Positions 23,101-34,540 of a stretch of DNA of 64,000 nt are shown here, in pieces. The position numbers were made by a program, and so were the translations under genes. A model generated the notes under the pieces. That model was not told where the DNA came from. It ran no database searches and worked only from the letters and a program-made list of their open reading frames with translations. The stretch's first letter is position 1. Every line of letters starts with the position of its first letter. Source of the DNA: Takakia lepidozioides (Eukaryota > Plantae > Bryophyta); the NCBI GenBank assembly GCA_030704615.1, contig CM060734.1, forward strand, positions 14,198,001 to 14,262,000, in the 5' to 3' direction.

Positions 23101-26100
23101 GTGGAAGCGGTGGTCGCCAGGACTTGCAAGGTAGGCAACTATTCTTGTGAGTTGTATCAGGAAACTGGCGCCCTGCGTAAAGGGAGTCAGTTATTGTTCG
23201 TGGATGGGATAATATTCGGAACTAACGTGTCGTTGTTGGTGGACACAGGAGCGTCGCACTCCTTCATGACGCCGGCGGCGGCGCGAAAGTTGGGACTCCC
23301 GACAAGTGACGTGGGGGCCTCTATTGAGGTGCGTTCTGCCAAAGGAGAACCACAGTTGGCGACAAGGTTGGCGTTTGATGTTCCTCTTCAACTGGGGAGT
23401 TGGGAGGGACGTGAGAACTTCACCATCTGCGAGATCGATGGAGTGGATCTCATTTTGGGGATGACCTTTTTGAGCAAATCCGGAGCGGTCATAGATGGCC
23501 GCAAGAGAGTAGTCACGCTGCCATGTGGGAATGGTGGCGAGGTTTTACGAGTGTCGAAAACGCCCAAATCCGTGGGAGGGTGAATAAACCTTCTGTCAGC
23601 AAAGGAGTGGGCCGTGGAGGAGGCACACAAGCCCCAATTTTTGCTTTACATTAGAGAAGTGAAAGGAGAAGGCGATGGGGAGCCGAGCCCAGATTGGATC
23701 AAGGGGATTTTGGAGAAATACCAGGATGTGATGCCGGAGGATTTACCAAGCGGCTTGCCACCGCGAAGAGGAGTTGACCACAAGATTGAGGTGATACCGG
23801 GATCGGAACCGCCTGCCAAGGCGCCCTACCGGTTGAGCCACAGAGAGTTGGTCGAGCTGAAGACTCAGCTCAAGGATCTAATGTCAAAGGGGTATATCCG
23901 GCCGAGTAAGTCACCTTACGGAGCCCCGGTGCTTCGATCGGTTGGCAGGAGCGAAGTATTTCAGCCAGATCGACTTGCGCTCCGGCTATCATCAAATTCG
24001 GGTGGCGGAAGGAGATGAGGAGAAGACCGCGTGCAGGACAAGGTATGGTTTATATGAGTTCTTGGTGATGCCTTTTGGGCTCACCAATGCACCAGCGACA
24101 TTTAGCACGCTGATGAACAGCCTTTTCCAGGAGTGGTTGGATGACTTTGTGATCGTGTACATCGACGACATCTTGGTGTACTCGAAAACAAAGGAAGAAC
24201 ACCTGGAGCACCTAAAAAGGGTGTTCCAAAAATTGCGAGAAGGGAAGCTGTATGCCAAAGCTTCAAAGTGCGAATTCGGGGTCACAAAAGTGGAGTTCCT
24301 GGGGCATGTGATTACACAGGATGGGATCAAAATGGATGACAGAAAGGTGAGGGCGATCTTGGACTGGGAGCCTCCGACTTCGGTCCCGGGAGTGCGATCC
24401 TTCCTAGGACTCGCCTCCTATTACCGGAAGTATGTGAGAAATTTCGCCAAGATCGCGGGGCCGTTGTCGGACCTTCTGTGTAAATCCAAAGTCTGGGAAT
24501 GGAGTACATTTTGTGGCCAAGCTTTTGCTGAATTGAAGCAGCGGATGGCGGAAGCTCCAGTCTTGAAAATCCCGGAGTTCGATCATCCATTTGAGATTCA
24601 TACAGATGCGTCAGACTTCGCGATTGGGGGTGTACTTATGCAAGATGGACGTCCAGTGGCTTACGAAAGTAAGAAACTGAATGAAGTGGAGCGACGGTGG
24701 CCGACGCACGAAAAAGAGATGAAGGCGGTGGTGCATTGCCTCGAGCTTTGGCGCCACTATGTTGGTTCCAACCCAGTGAAGGTGTTCACGGACAATGTCA
24801 CGGTGAAGTATTTTGCCACGCAGCCCAAGTTGTCCCCAAAACAACTTAGGTGGCAAGATACTTTGGCGGTGTTCGACGTGGATATCCAGTACAAACCGGG
24901 ACGAGACAACGTGGTGGCCGATGCTTTAAGTAGAAAGCAGCAGCTCTTGTTGGTGTACAAGGGCGAGACGGCGCTCCAAAGGAAGATCCGGAAGGCTTGC
25001 CGGAAGGATGAGCTGGCAAAGTCCGCGATGCAGGACTTGAGGATGGGGGTAAATCGCAGTTCCACTTGCAAAATGGACTGCTCCGGTATAAGCAAAAACG
25101 TCTCTACGTGCCGAAGGGAGGGATCAGAGATAGCCTCTTGAGAGAATGCCATGATAGCCCGCTTGCGGGTCACGGCGGAGCCAAGCGCACTGCGTCACTC
25201 TTGAAGAAAGAGTATTTCTGGCCCAAACTGAGGGAGGAGGCAGAGGAGTATGTCAAGACATGCACCACATGCCAACAAAACCGGAGTGAGTACAAAAAGC
25301 AAGCGGGGCTGTTACAACCCTTGCCAATTCCAGAGGGGACTTGGGAAAGCGTCTCGATGGATTTCATGACTGCTATGCCGCTGTCAAAAGGATTCGATGC
25401 AATCATGGTGGTGGTGGATAGGTTCAGTAAAATGGGCCATTTCATCCCCACCAAGGAGACGGCAACGGCGCAGGAGACAGGGCGACTTTACTTTGCCCAC
25501 GTCTTAAAACATCATGGAGTCCCGAAGGATATTGTCTCGGACCGCGATCCAAAGTTTACGAGTAAATTTTGGAGGGCACTTTGGAAGAAGATGGGGACGA
25601 GGCTGAAGATGAGCACCGCCTTCCGACCTACGACCGACGGCCAAACAGAAAGGGTGAATTCCGTAGTGAAGCAGATCTGGCGGAATTACGTGTCGGCAGA
25701 CCAAACAGACTGGGTGGAACACTTAGACGCGGCAGAGTTCTGTTATAATAACACAGAACACTCCGCAACGGGAGTTTCCCCTTTCTATGGAAAAGCACCT
25801 CTGGTGCCGACAAGTTGGGTCGCCCAGGACGTTGAGGAACCGGCAGTAGCGGCGGTACTGGAAGAACGCGAGCGTTTGTTGAAGCTCGCAAAGTACAATA
25901 TTGCCAAAGCTAGGAAACGGTATGAAAGGCAGGCGAATCGGAAGCGGAGGGAAGTGAAATTTGAGGCAGGCACAGAGGTCTGGTTGAACATCAAGAATTT
26001 CCGACTACCTCCGGAAGTGAGTCCGAAGTTCGTACCTCCGTATGCGGGACCCTTTTGCATTCGAAAGGTTATGAATGAGGATGTGTATGAATTGGAGCTG

Positions 26101-26415
26101 CCGGCAAACAGTAAGGTGCACCCAGTATTCCATGTATCCCTTTTGAAGCCTTACTTCAAAGATGAAGCGCGTCCGAATCGGCATCAAGTGTTGCGTCCAT
26201 CACCTATGCTGTTGGATCATGAAAATGAACCTGAGTACGAGGTGGAGGCAATACTTAAGTCGAGGAGGTTCAGGAACCGAGAAACGGAGTATCTCGTCAA
26301 ATGGAAGGGCTATCATCATGTGGAGGCATCTTGGGTGCGTGCCTCAGAAATGGGAAACGCATCCGAGGCGGTTGCAGCTTTCGAAGGGCGACCTCAAAAG
26401 CGGAAGAAGCGTTGA
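23100..26415 (+). pseudogene. pol of element B: protease, RT, RNase H, integrase, chromodomain
   Basis: Motifs: LVDTGASHSF; YIDDILVYS; [10 protein letters not shown]; HHCC zinc finger and DDE integrase; chromodomain YEVEAIL...YLVKWKGY. Defects: stop at 23581, a deletion after GAPVL (~23935) and a frameshift at ~25060. Confidence 0.95.
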
Positions 26416-29099
26416 AAGAGACATCAACCTTGGAGCGTGGGGGAGGAAATGCATGCTTAGCCCGGCTTAGCTAGCTCAGGAATCCAATTGCAAAAACTTG
26501 TATTGTACAAAATTTGCTTTAAATGAAATGTTTCAAAATGTTGTGCTTCCTATTTTTGTTTGGAATGGCGATGCATGGTATGGTTAGCTAGTGTGTAGAA
26601 GGCATGCTAGCTTACAAAAGCGGGAGAGGTAAATTGGGTTAATCGTGTGTTTGCGCAGTGCCGAAATCGGGTGACTCCCATCCAAGGGGCAAGGAAACTT
26701 GCGCCTTCTTTGGGAGTTCACGTGCTAGTGCGCACCTGGCGCGTGCGCGTACTATAACTGCGCTACCGAGGGGGTTGCCTTGTAGTGCGGGCTAACGCGG
26801 AAGCTACATGCTTCCGTTCACGTACTATAATCGTGTAGCCTCGGGACGAAGTCGTAGTGCGGCTTCGGCGTGTTCCCGTACCTCAGGCCAGCATTCCAAG
26901 GCGGACCCAATTGTAGTGATTGGGGCGCAAGGTTGGTTCAAGGTTATCTTCCTAGTCAAAGAGGGTTCCAGGTGAACCCTTGCTCAAGGTGATGCCAAAA
27001 GCGGCATCATGAGCGATCGCAAGCAATGTTGTTGCAGTAAGGCGATTCGATCCTCGGGGAGGATCGTTCCTTGGCCTTGAAGTAGGCCAAGAAGATTGCA
27101 CTGAGAGGAGCTGGAGAGGCTCCACCCTTGGCCGGGACTTGGAGGAAGTCGGTCGAACTAGCTAGTGGAGAGTAGAGTCAAGTGTGGGGTTTGGTTCTTT
27201 GCCATGGGACGCCATGGTACGGAAACAAACTCCTTGATGTGGGACGCCACAACTTGGATGTTCGTTTCTACAAAATGAACAAGTCGATGAGGACATCGAC
27301 TCCCTGTTGGTAGGGGTGTGTGTCGCGGCCCTTTGCCTTGAGGGCAAGGGGGTCGGGACACATGAGGGGTTGCCCTTGTGGTGGGGGCAGCGGCAGCGAT
27401 AGGTATGGGGGGCTGATGCACCCTTGAGTGCCCAAGGCACCCAAGGAGGCGGAGGCGCTCACTAGGTGGAGCCCCGCACACCGGGTTGCGGTGGGGCTGG
27501 CTCCACAAGGGGTGGTGGTAGCTTAGCGGGACTTAGTGGGGGTGGCATAGGACTCACCATGGGGGCGGAGACCTCGTGGTGGGAGTCGTGGGGAGTCTTG
27601 GGACTCATCACGGTCCATAGGGGCCGTAGTGAGTGGGCCAAGACTCACCGCGACTCATCATCGGGAGTCGAGGGTTTTCGTGGCGGTTCGCCATAAAATG
27701 GCATGGCTGGTTGTGAAACCCCCGCGGACAGCTACAGAAGTATATATAAGGGGAGTAGTGACCCCGAGAACAGTGCAAGCCCGTTGGTGACCAAAAACTA
27801 GTGAGTAAGCGAGCGAGCCGGAAAGCGACCAAAGAGTGGGGAGCTGTTCCGGACTGCCATCTACCAAAGGGAATTCTCCTAGTCCCAAATAGGTGGAGGG
27901 TTTAGTGGGAAGCAAAGGGGGACCGTTATGTCCCGGTGAGCAGCCGAAGCTCCAAGTTGGCCCGGGCGGCCAGGTTGGGAGTCAGGTGCGCGCATCAAAG
28001 CGAGTAACTATGACTTGAAGGGGAGCTTATCGAAGTGAGGTGCGTGACACACACTTCCACTATAGATTGTGTTTACCACACTAACCTGTTATCTTTGGCA
28101 GACGAGGATGTTCGAGGTGATCTGCCTGCGGAGGATTTGCACCTCAAAGACACCATCCTCCATCCGCAGCTTTGAGATTTCTGACCAGGGTTGTTTCGTC
28201 AACCCCCCCTATGAGCCGCATGTCGATGACATTTTGTACAACTTCATGCAATCCAGTCAGACTCTGAAGAGACCAGATGGCACTCCCTGGAGAGGTGCAA
28301 AGGAAAAATCCCCATCATTCATGCAAATACTGCTGGAGTTATGCAGCCACCACTCTGCACGGGTGGTCGATCTTTCTGTGTCCACAGGTTCGTTCTCTCC
28401 CTTTTGAATTGATTTTCTTTCACCAGTTCCATCTGCTTAAATCCCCCCCACCGAACTGTTCATGTCCTCCTGTCTGGTGCATGAGCAACTTACCATGCAT
28501 GCAAGGCAGGCGGAAGAAGCCTTTTTGGCATGGAGGGTGATTCTGACCTCTACAACACAGTGCTCCTCCCCCTTTTGTCTGGCTCCACTTCAGGTACACA
28601 GACTAATCGGATTCAAATTCGAAATGATGACGATCCCGAAGATAAGCAGGTCCACAACGACTTTTCATGTGAGTAAGTGCTAATCCCACTTTGGGAGTCA
28701 TACTCAATTTCTCAATAACATCAAAGTTACAGTAATAACTTTTTCAGGCTGTCTTTCAGGAAAGGCAGCGGTGGATCTTCAGGAAATACAGTCATTTGTG
28801 GCGAGTCTGTTCTCGACAGCCCCCTTTCCAATTTTTTGCTTCCTGATTATGCCGAAGCAATGGCACTTCACGCGGCCGAGTCCCTATCCCCTGAATTTTT
28901 ACTGCCCGGCCGTAGGTGTAGCCAGCGTAGATCCGGAGTTCTTAAATACTTAGACTTAGATGCAGAGGAAGCGGGGATACATTGTACTGACTCTGAGTCA
29001 GACTGAACTATGTTCTTTTAATATTTTGTTTCATCCTCTTTGGAAAACGTTGAATCCCCTTCCTCCACCGTAGTTGTTCCTTTGGAAAGAAAAATAATC

Positions 29100-29500
29100 A
29101 AAGAATCAACTACCATTTAAATTGCAATATGTATGAATCCATCTCACAAACCTCCCTCACTCTTGTCATATCCACTGTGCTTTCATCTACAGTGTATTCA
29201 TGCGTGCTCTATTCATGAATGTTTTTCTTTGTTCAACATCCATTGTACATTCATCCTCTGTACTCTTTAATCCACCCCACAAACCTTCCACACTCATGTC
29301 ATATACGTTGTGCATTCGTCTAAAGTTTTAGTCATGCATTTCTTGTCATGAATGTTTTTCATTGCTCAACATCCATTATACATTCATCCATTTGACTCTT
29401 ATCCATCCCTCATTCATCCATCTACATTCATTTTTCACACTCATCCATCTGTTTATCATCCAATTGTACATTCATCCATCCTTTATTCATCTGTTGCTTT
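29100..29500. repeat. CATTCATCCA-rich subterminal low-complexity region of the MULE (also 3420-3820)
   Basis: Iterated (T)CATCCA motifs and a short internal duplication, present in both element copies. Confidence 0.7.
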
Positions 29501-29739
29501 CAGGTGGGAATGACCACTGCCTTTTATTATGTCGTCCAGCTTGTTTCCGCGGTAAAGGGTGTCAATCCGCGGGAATACACTCCACTTCTTCCTGGGCGCG
29601 TGGTGACGCGGTCTTCAAGTGTGATGACGTGGAGTGAGCCCCGTGATGTGGCATTGGCGCAAGGTGACGTGGCGTGAACGCAGTTGTGCTCACGCGCTCA
29701 TGTGACCAGGCTCACGCCGAGGCATCCCCCTCGCCAAAC

Positions 29740-30359
29740 TGTCAAGGACGAGAACATGACTGAACACAAACAAGATATCAAACTAGAGATACAAGACTAG
29801 ACAAGAAGTCAAGGTCGGCGTGGCCGAATGCATGATGGGTAAATAGGAATCAAGACGATCTTTATAACAATGAACAAGAGTACAAGATATTGGAACACGA
29901 CTTGAATACTGGAATGCTGGAAACTGGACTGGAGTACCAGATACTGGAAACTGGGCTAGAGTACTGGGAACTGGAAACAAGAGTAGCTTGAACTGGTGTT
30001 GGCGAGACTGAAGAGTGTCTAGTTTCGCCTCCTATATATACTGGCTACTAGGAGGTTCCCTAAGAGACTTCCCCAAATGAGGTTTCTTGATGGAGAAGTT
30101 TCCTTAAACAAATGAGGTATCTTGATGGAGAAGTTTCTTTAAGCAAATGAGGTATCTTGATGGAGAAGTTTCCTCCAAAGGAAGCTTCCTGAGCAGTTTC
30201 CCAAGTTACTCTCGATAATTTGGTAAACTTCCGGTAACTTGATAACTTATGGTAATTTATGGTAGATCATGGTAGATCATGGTAATTTTTGGTACCATGG
30301 TAACCTAGTAACTTCTGGTATTTACTCCTGGTAAGTTCCTCTAGGCTATGTCCGTGACA
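29740..30359 (-). repeat. 5' LTR of element A
   Basis: TG...CA, 620 bp, matches 4625-5136 + 10580-10615, followed by the TSD GTTCT. Confidence 0.93.
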
Positions 30360-33300
30360 GTTCTAAGAAGATGATAAATAGATGTGGGCTTCAGGTGTCG
30401 CCTTGGATAGTCCCTCTCAGAATTGGAATAGGGGGGGTGGAACCATAGTATGAGCCGGCATATTCCGTGGAGCTGCCGGTATAATGTTGCCAATGAGTTG
30501 AATGGCATCAGTTGGGTATCCCGGGTCCGTCATAATGGCGAGGAGACGAGCGTGATCTAGAGATCCAAAGGCATTTTTAAAGTCGATGTATATGAGGTAG
30601 ATGTCTTGTTTGGTGAGTTTGGCGTCTTCAAGTGCAGATAACACATATTGTATTTGGCGAGTGGTGCTACGAGTGGCGCGGAAGCCTTTCTGGGGGTCGC
30701 TAAGAATGCGGTGGTGTTCCCCGTAGCTTGAGAGCATCGTGGTTAACGTACTAGTGAAAAGTTTGTATATGGTGTTAGCCAGGGCTATGGGACGGTAGTT
30801 ACCGAGATCGGTGGGGTCTCCTTTTTTATATAGGAGGATGGTACGGCTGTGTTTCCATGATGGGGGGATACGGCAAAGGCGGTAGCAGAGTTGGAAAAAC
30901 TTGAATAACAGAGAGTGGAAATGGGAGTCAAGAGCTTGGAGTATAGCATTGGGGATGAGATCGGGGCCGGGGGCTTTAGCTTTGGAGAGGTTTTTGAGGC
31001 ACCAATCATAGAGAGCCTTGGTGAAGTAGGTTAGGATACTGTCATCAGGGGAGCCTCCACATAGACAGCTAGTGCTATGTTTACTCAGGTGCAGGCAGTT
31101 CTTGACTATAGGGGTGTAGGAAGCTGAAGCTTGTGCCTAGATTTCGTTCTTTATATCATCAGGTTTGGTTATGAGGTGTCCTAGTTGATGTTTGAGACAG
31201 TCGATAGGGGGGCAAGGTTGAAGATGGCTTTGTGAGCGCGTTTGGGATGGTCATGCAAGAGTTTCCCAAAGGAAGAGATAAATTGTTTATGGTTGGCAGC
31301 AGCTTTTTGCTTAGTGATATTGTATGCGGCTTTTTTTGCGTCCCTACCGACCTTGGAAAGGGCGGCAATCCATTGTGGTAGGGCCGAGGGGTTCGTAGGT
31401 GGGGGTAGGAGCGGTTGGTAGACCTGGGGATGGAGTTTAAGCACGATATACGTCGATCATTTACCCAGTTGTTGAGTTGGTTGGTAGCGGGTGAGTTGGG
31501 GATAATAGTGAGGGCACGGCGTATGGTTTGGTATGTGTTAAGATGGGAAGTCCATTCCCGTTTTTGGGTACGTGTGAGATAACCGCCGTTCTGTTTTGAG
31601 CGGGTGGTTTGGGGGATTTTTGGCGGGGCCGTACATGTGGCTAAGACACTGGTTGTCGTTAATTGTAAGATGGATGTGAGAGAGTGTTCGGCTTCAAGCC
31701 ATGTGGCTTCCGGATTGTGGGAGAGGTTCAAATTTGATAAAATGTATGCGAATTTTTGTATTAAGGCGGACGCGGTTGGATGGAAGTGGGAGTTGAAGGC
31801 GGCTATATTGCGTTGGGGTAGAGGCGAGAAGAGACGTGGTTGAGGAGGTGGTAAGTCTACCTCTGGGACGGGTCGGAAGGGGATAACCGAGGGGGGAAGG
31901 GAAAGGGAGAGAGGGTAGTGGTCGGAATTGCATAGACTATAGAAGCGAACGCGACTCATAAGATATGAGGGGATGGTCTTGCTAGTTCGGATGTAGAATC
32001 CGTCTATGAGGCTTAATGAAGAGTAGTTGAGGCCTCCTTGCCTTGAATAGTGATGGTCCAAGGGGATGTATTTAAGGAGATGTTGTGACGTGAACCTTGC
32101 CTAGTCATGGTCAGCTTGGGAAGAGGGTTTATGGATGCCATTGAAGGTGTGCCCTAGAAGTGCAATGTCCCTGTTGAAGTCCCCTGCTAATATGATATGA
32201 TGTTGTTGATGGTTTGTAGTAGTAATTATTGTGGATATGGTGTTTAGGATTTCAGGAATAAATGGTAGGTCCTCTGCATGGGATGGCATGTATAGGTGGA
32301 TGAGGAGAATAGGGAGGAGTGCCGACGGGTGCAGCTGTACAATCTAGAGATGGGATATGAGATAAATGGGTATAGGAACTTTAGTGGTGGTACTAGGTGA
32401 GTGATGTGAGCGCAAGATTCCGAATGCAACGCCTCCCTTGGTGGGTTTATAGGGTGCAGAGCGTCGGAGGAGGCATTGTGAAGCAGTGGGTGGCTTACTA
32501 TATAATAGGTAATAGTCTGGGAGGAGTTTGTTTATGTAGGAGCTATTGGTGTTATTGGTGTGCAATTTAGTTTCTTGTAGGAGTATGATGTGGGGAGTAG
32601 AGTCGGTGATGAGGTGAATAAGACTTTGTATACTTGTGGCGAGAGAGCCAACACTCCAGGAGGTGATTGTGAGGGAGTTAGAGTAATTGTCAGGCACGTG
32701 GATGGACGCGGGCATGGATGAAAAAATCTGTGAGGATTCATGGTGAGAAAAAAGAGGGGGGCGGGGTGGTGGTGGGTACATGGATGAATGTGGATGAAAA
32801 CAGCCATGTGGTACGAGTCTGGTAGTGTATAGGGATGAACGTGGTGGCGGTTTGAGCAGGGGTGGGCGTGGATGAGGACGTTCATAGGAGATCAAGGTGA
32901 CGGTTGCAGCTAAAAGGGGTGTGGTGGCGGGATAATTTGGTATTTGAGGTGGTGGGTCTGTGGCGCACCTCAGCGGCGGCCACGTGGGTAGAGCACAACA
33001 AGTGGCAGGGTGATGTGATGGACACGGGAATGAGTACCGGGAGTGGGGGGGTGTTTGGCCTTGCGCAATGGCGGGGAGAGTGGGATTTTGATGCACAAGA
33101 GCTCTTTTGGTGTGCGTATCTGTAAATGCAGTGTGCGCGGTGGCCAAAATGGTCTGGGTGGTGGGTGGTCTGTGGTAAGTGCTCGCATGGAGTGCAAGCA
33201 GTGCAAAGTATTGCATTGGAGAGGCGGTCATGATATTTCGCTTCGTGGAAACGGAGAACAAAAATATTATGAGAGGTAAGATGGCAGATGAGAAGCGGGG

Positions 33301-34540
33301 TAAGCAAGAGAGCTAGAACGAGAAGAACTAACTGGTGTAAACTGTGGGAGGAGCCCTTGGAACTGGAGTTTGCTAGAGGCTTAAGCATTGGGAGAGGGGT
33401 TGGTCATGGTAAAGGTACCCGTTAACTGAGCGTTGGTGCTGTGCAGGGGCGGTGGAGGAGCCGGCAGCAGCTGAAGCAACGTATTGACGTTGACAGAGCC
33501 CCTTGGCTGAAAGCCAGGAGGGACAGTGGGAGGGATCTCAATAAGAGTTAGTGGCTTGAAGCCACTTTGCTGTGCCTCTACAGCATTGTCGGGAGAGAGC
33601 TGGTTAGATAACCCGGGAAGGGGGGGGGGGTGTTTGTCCATCACGAGCTTCGCGTGCTTGTAGAAATTCTCCAGGTTAGCTCCAAGGTTTTGGGTGATAG
33701 ACGCCTGGTTCGATTCAAGGTAAGCGTAGTGCGCGTCGTGCTGTGTCGCAATGGTATGGGCGACTCTGTTTTCCATGGCCGCCAGGTCTCCTTTGAACTC
33801 TGATTTGATAGAAATGGCATGTGTTGCTAGTTTTTTGTCGATCTCAGACATCAGATGGTCGTGGCCTTGCTTGGAATTCGAAGCAGGTTTGATGGTGAGT
33901 GAGTGGACTGTGTCCGCAAGGGCTTGGTTGACATTGGCCACACGCAGCCTCTCAAGAATTCCAGCTGCTGGTGGGGTTGCGCCGTTGAGACTGTTTGTGT
34001 GTGGTTCAAATTTGATGAGCCTGTCAATTACAGGAATAGGTGGCCGGTTGCACCATTGAGCGTACACACTAGGATTTTTGCAGGTGATTAGAGCCATACC
34101 AGTGTGCCTGGTTTTCTCCATCCTGTCGATTTTGTTGAAGTGGATATGCTCCGTGTTGTCTTTGCCAAAAATGCCAATGAGAGTTGCCTCAGTGTCAACC
34201 TGCGAATGTAACGGATTAAGATTCTTGGCCACCAAAGTGAGAGCATCACGCTTGGCGATGGCTTTCAGAGGTGTGGCAGTGATCCCTGTCATACTGGAAC
34301 GGCGAGTGCGGAGCTGTGGTTTTATCAATGTATGCGTGACGCGTACACCTTGTACTAACATGCGTTTCTTGGTGTCGACAACGACAGCACATGGCGTTTC
34401 GCCGTATACCCACGCGGCTGTATTTCCTACGTCGTCGCCGCATGATAAAATGCATGGTCAGCTTATTGGCGATTTTGCCAAGCAAAGTGTCACTGGCCAT
34501 GTACAGTGAAAGGTAATCGGTCGACGCAGAGAGGTCATTC
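30360..34540 (-). mobile_element. Degenerate LINE (ORF1 + APE endonuclease + RT), clade unresolved
   Basis: APE motifs TITSWSVGSL, IILLQETK, LAGDFNRD, LIDGFY and SDHYPL; RT motifs QKGFR, YIDFKNAFGSLDH and QGDT. ORF1 at 33381-34361. Many frameshifts. Confidence 0.88.
33381..34361 (-). CDS. LINE ORF1-like protein (putative RRM-like region plus coiled coil)
   Basis: An open 326-aa frame immediately upstream of the APE-RT ORF2 on the same strand. The domain assignment is inference. Confidence 0.6.
   Translation of the reverse strand: MLVQGVRVTHTLIKPQLRTRRSSMTGITATPLKAIAKRDALTLVAKNLNPLHSQVDTEATLIGIFGKDNTEHIHFNKIDRMEKTRHTGMALITCKNPSVYAQWCNRPPIPVIDRLIKFEPHTNSLNGATPPAAGILERLRVANVNQALADTVHSLTIKPASNSKQGHDHLMSEIDKKLATHAISIKSEFKGDLAAMENRVAHTIATQHDAHYAYLESNQASITQNLGANLENFYKHAKLVMDKHPPPLPGLSNQLSPDNAVEAQQSGFKPLTLIEIPPTVPPGFQPRGSVNVNTLLQLLPAPPPPLHSTNAQLTGTFTMTNPSPNA

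Larger units (their letters stand above)
21184..28049 (+). mobile_element. LTR retrotransposon B, Ty3/gypsy chromovirus, recent insertion
   Basis: The 729-bp LTRs (21184-21912, 27321-28049) differ by ~8 substitutions counted by eye. The TSD is CACAC. The PBS TGGTATCAGAGC (tRNA-iMet) is at 21915-21926 and the PPT at ~27309-27320. Confidence 0.97.
17641..28676 (+). pseudogene. Multi-exon ParB/Srx-like domain + beta-class N4C/N6A DNA methyltransferase-like gene (copy 2), disrupted
   Basis: Exons are ~17641-18301 (VRPPL...FYVWDGNHRLLAW, ParB-like), 18396-18588, 18673-19110, 19196-19422 and 20399-~20638, joined by phase-consistent GT-AG introns. After a break come ~20826-21026 (FLSDAGTLLFF), 28102-28387 (WRGAKEKS...VVDLSVSTG) and 28483-28676 (ATYHACKAGGRSLFGMEGD; its acceptor is mutated AG>AT). 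It has in-frame stops, an internal deletion/duplication and a gypsy insertion in an intron. Confidence 0.78.
13545..29730. mobile_element. Mutator-like (MULE) DNA transposon, ~9.3 kb net of nested element B, carrying a transposase and a ParB-methyltransferase cargo gene
   Basis: The TSD TCGCCAAAC is at 13536-13544 and 29731-29739 (possibly 10 bp, CTCGCCAAAC). The imperfect TIRs are built from GGCGTGAGC/GCTCACGCC and TGACGTGGC motifs. An identical right end occurs at ~4049. Confidence 0.9.
4625..30359 (-). mobile_element. LTR retrotransposon A, Ty3/gypsy chromovirus (Tcn1/Tf1-like), RT/RNase H deleted, hosting nested elements
   Basis: Paired TGTCAAGG...CCGTGACA LTRs lie at 4625-10615 (interrupted) and 29740-30359. 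The 5-bp TSD GTTCT is at 4620-4624 and 30360-30364, and the PPT is at 10616-10630. Gag, protease, integrase C-terminus and chromodomain lie on the minus strand. Confidence 0.92.

Noticed and set aside
28198-28212. NPPY as the methyltransferase catalytic motif IV
   Set aside because: It reads TPPY in copy 1 and lies in the variable region between motif VI and motif X. Beta-class order points to IVILDIPD (47695-47720) instead. Not fully excluded without structure prediction.
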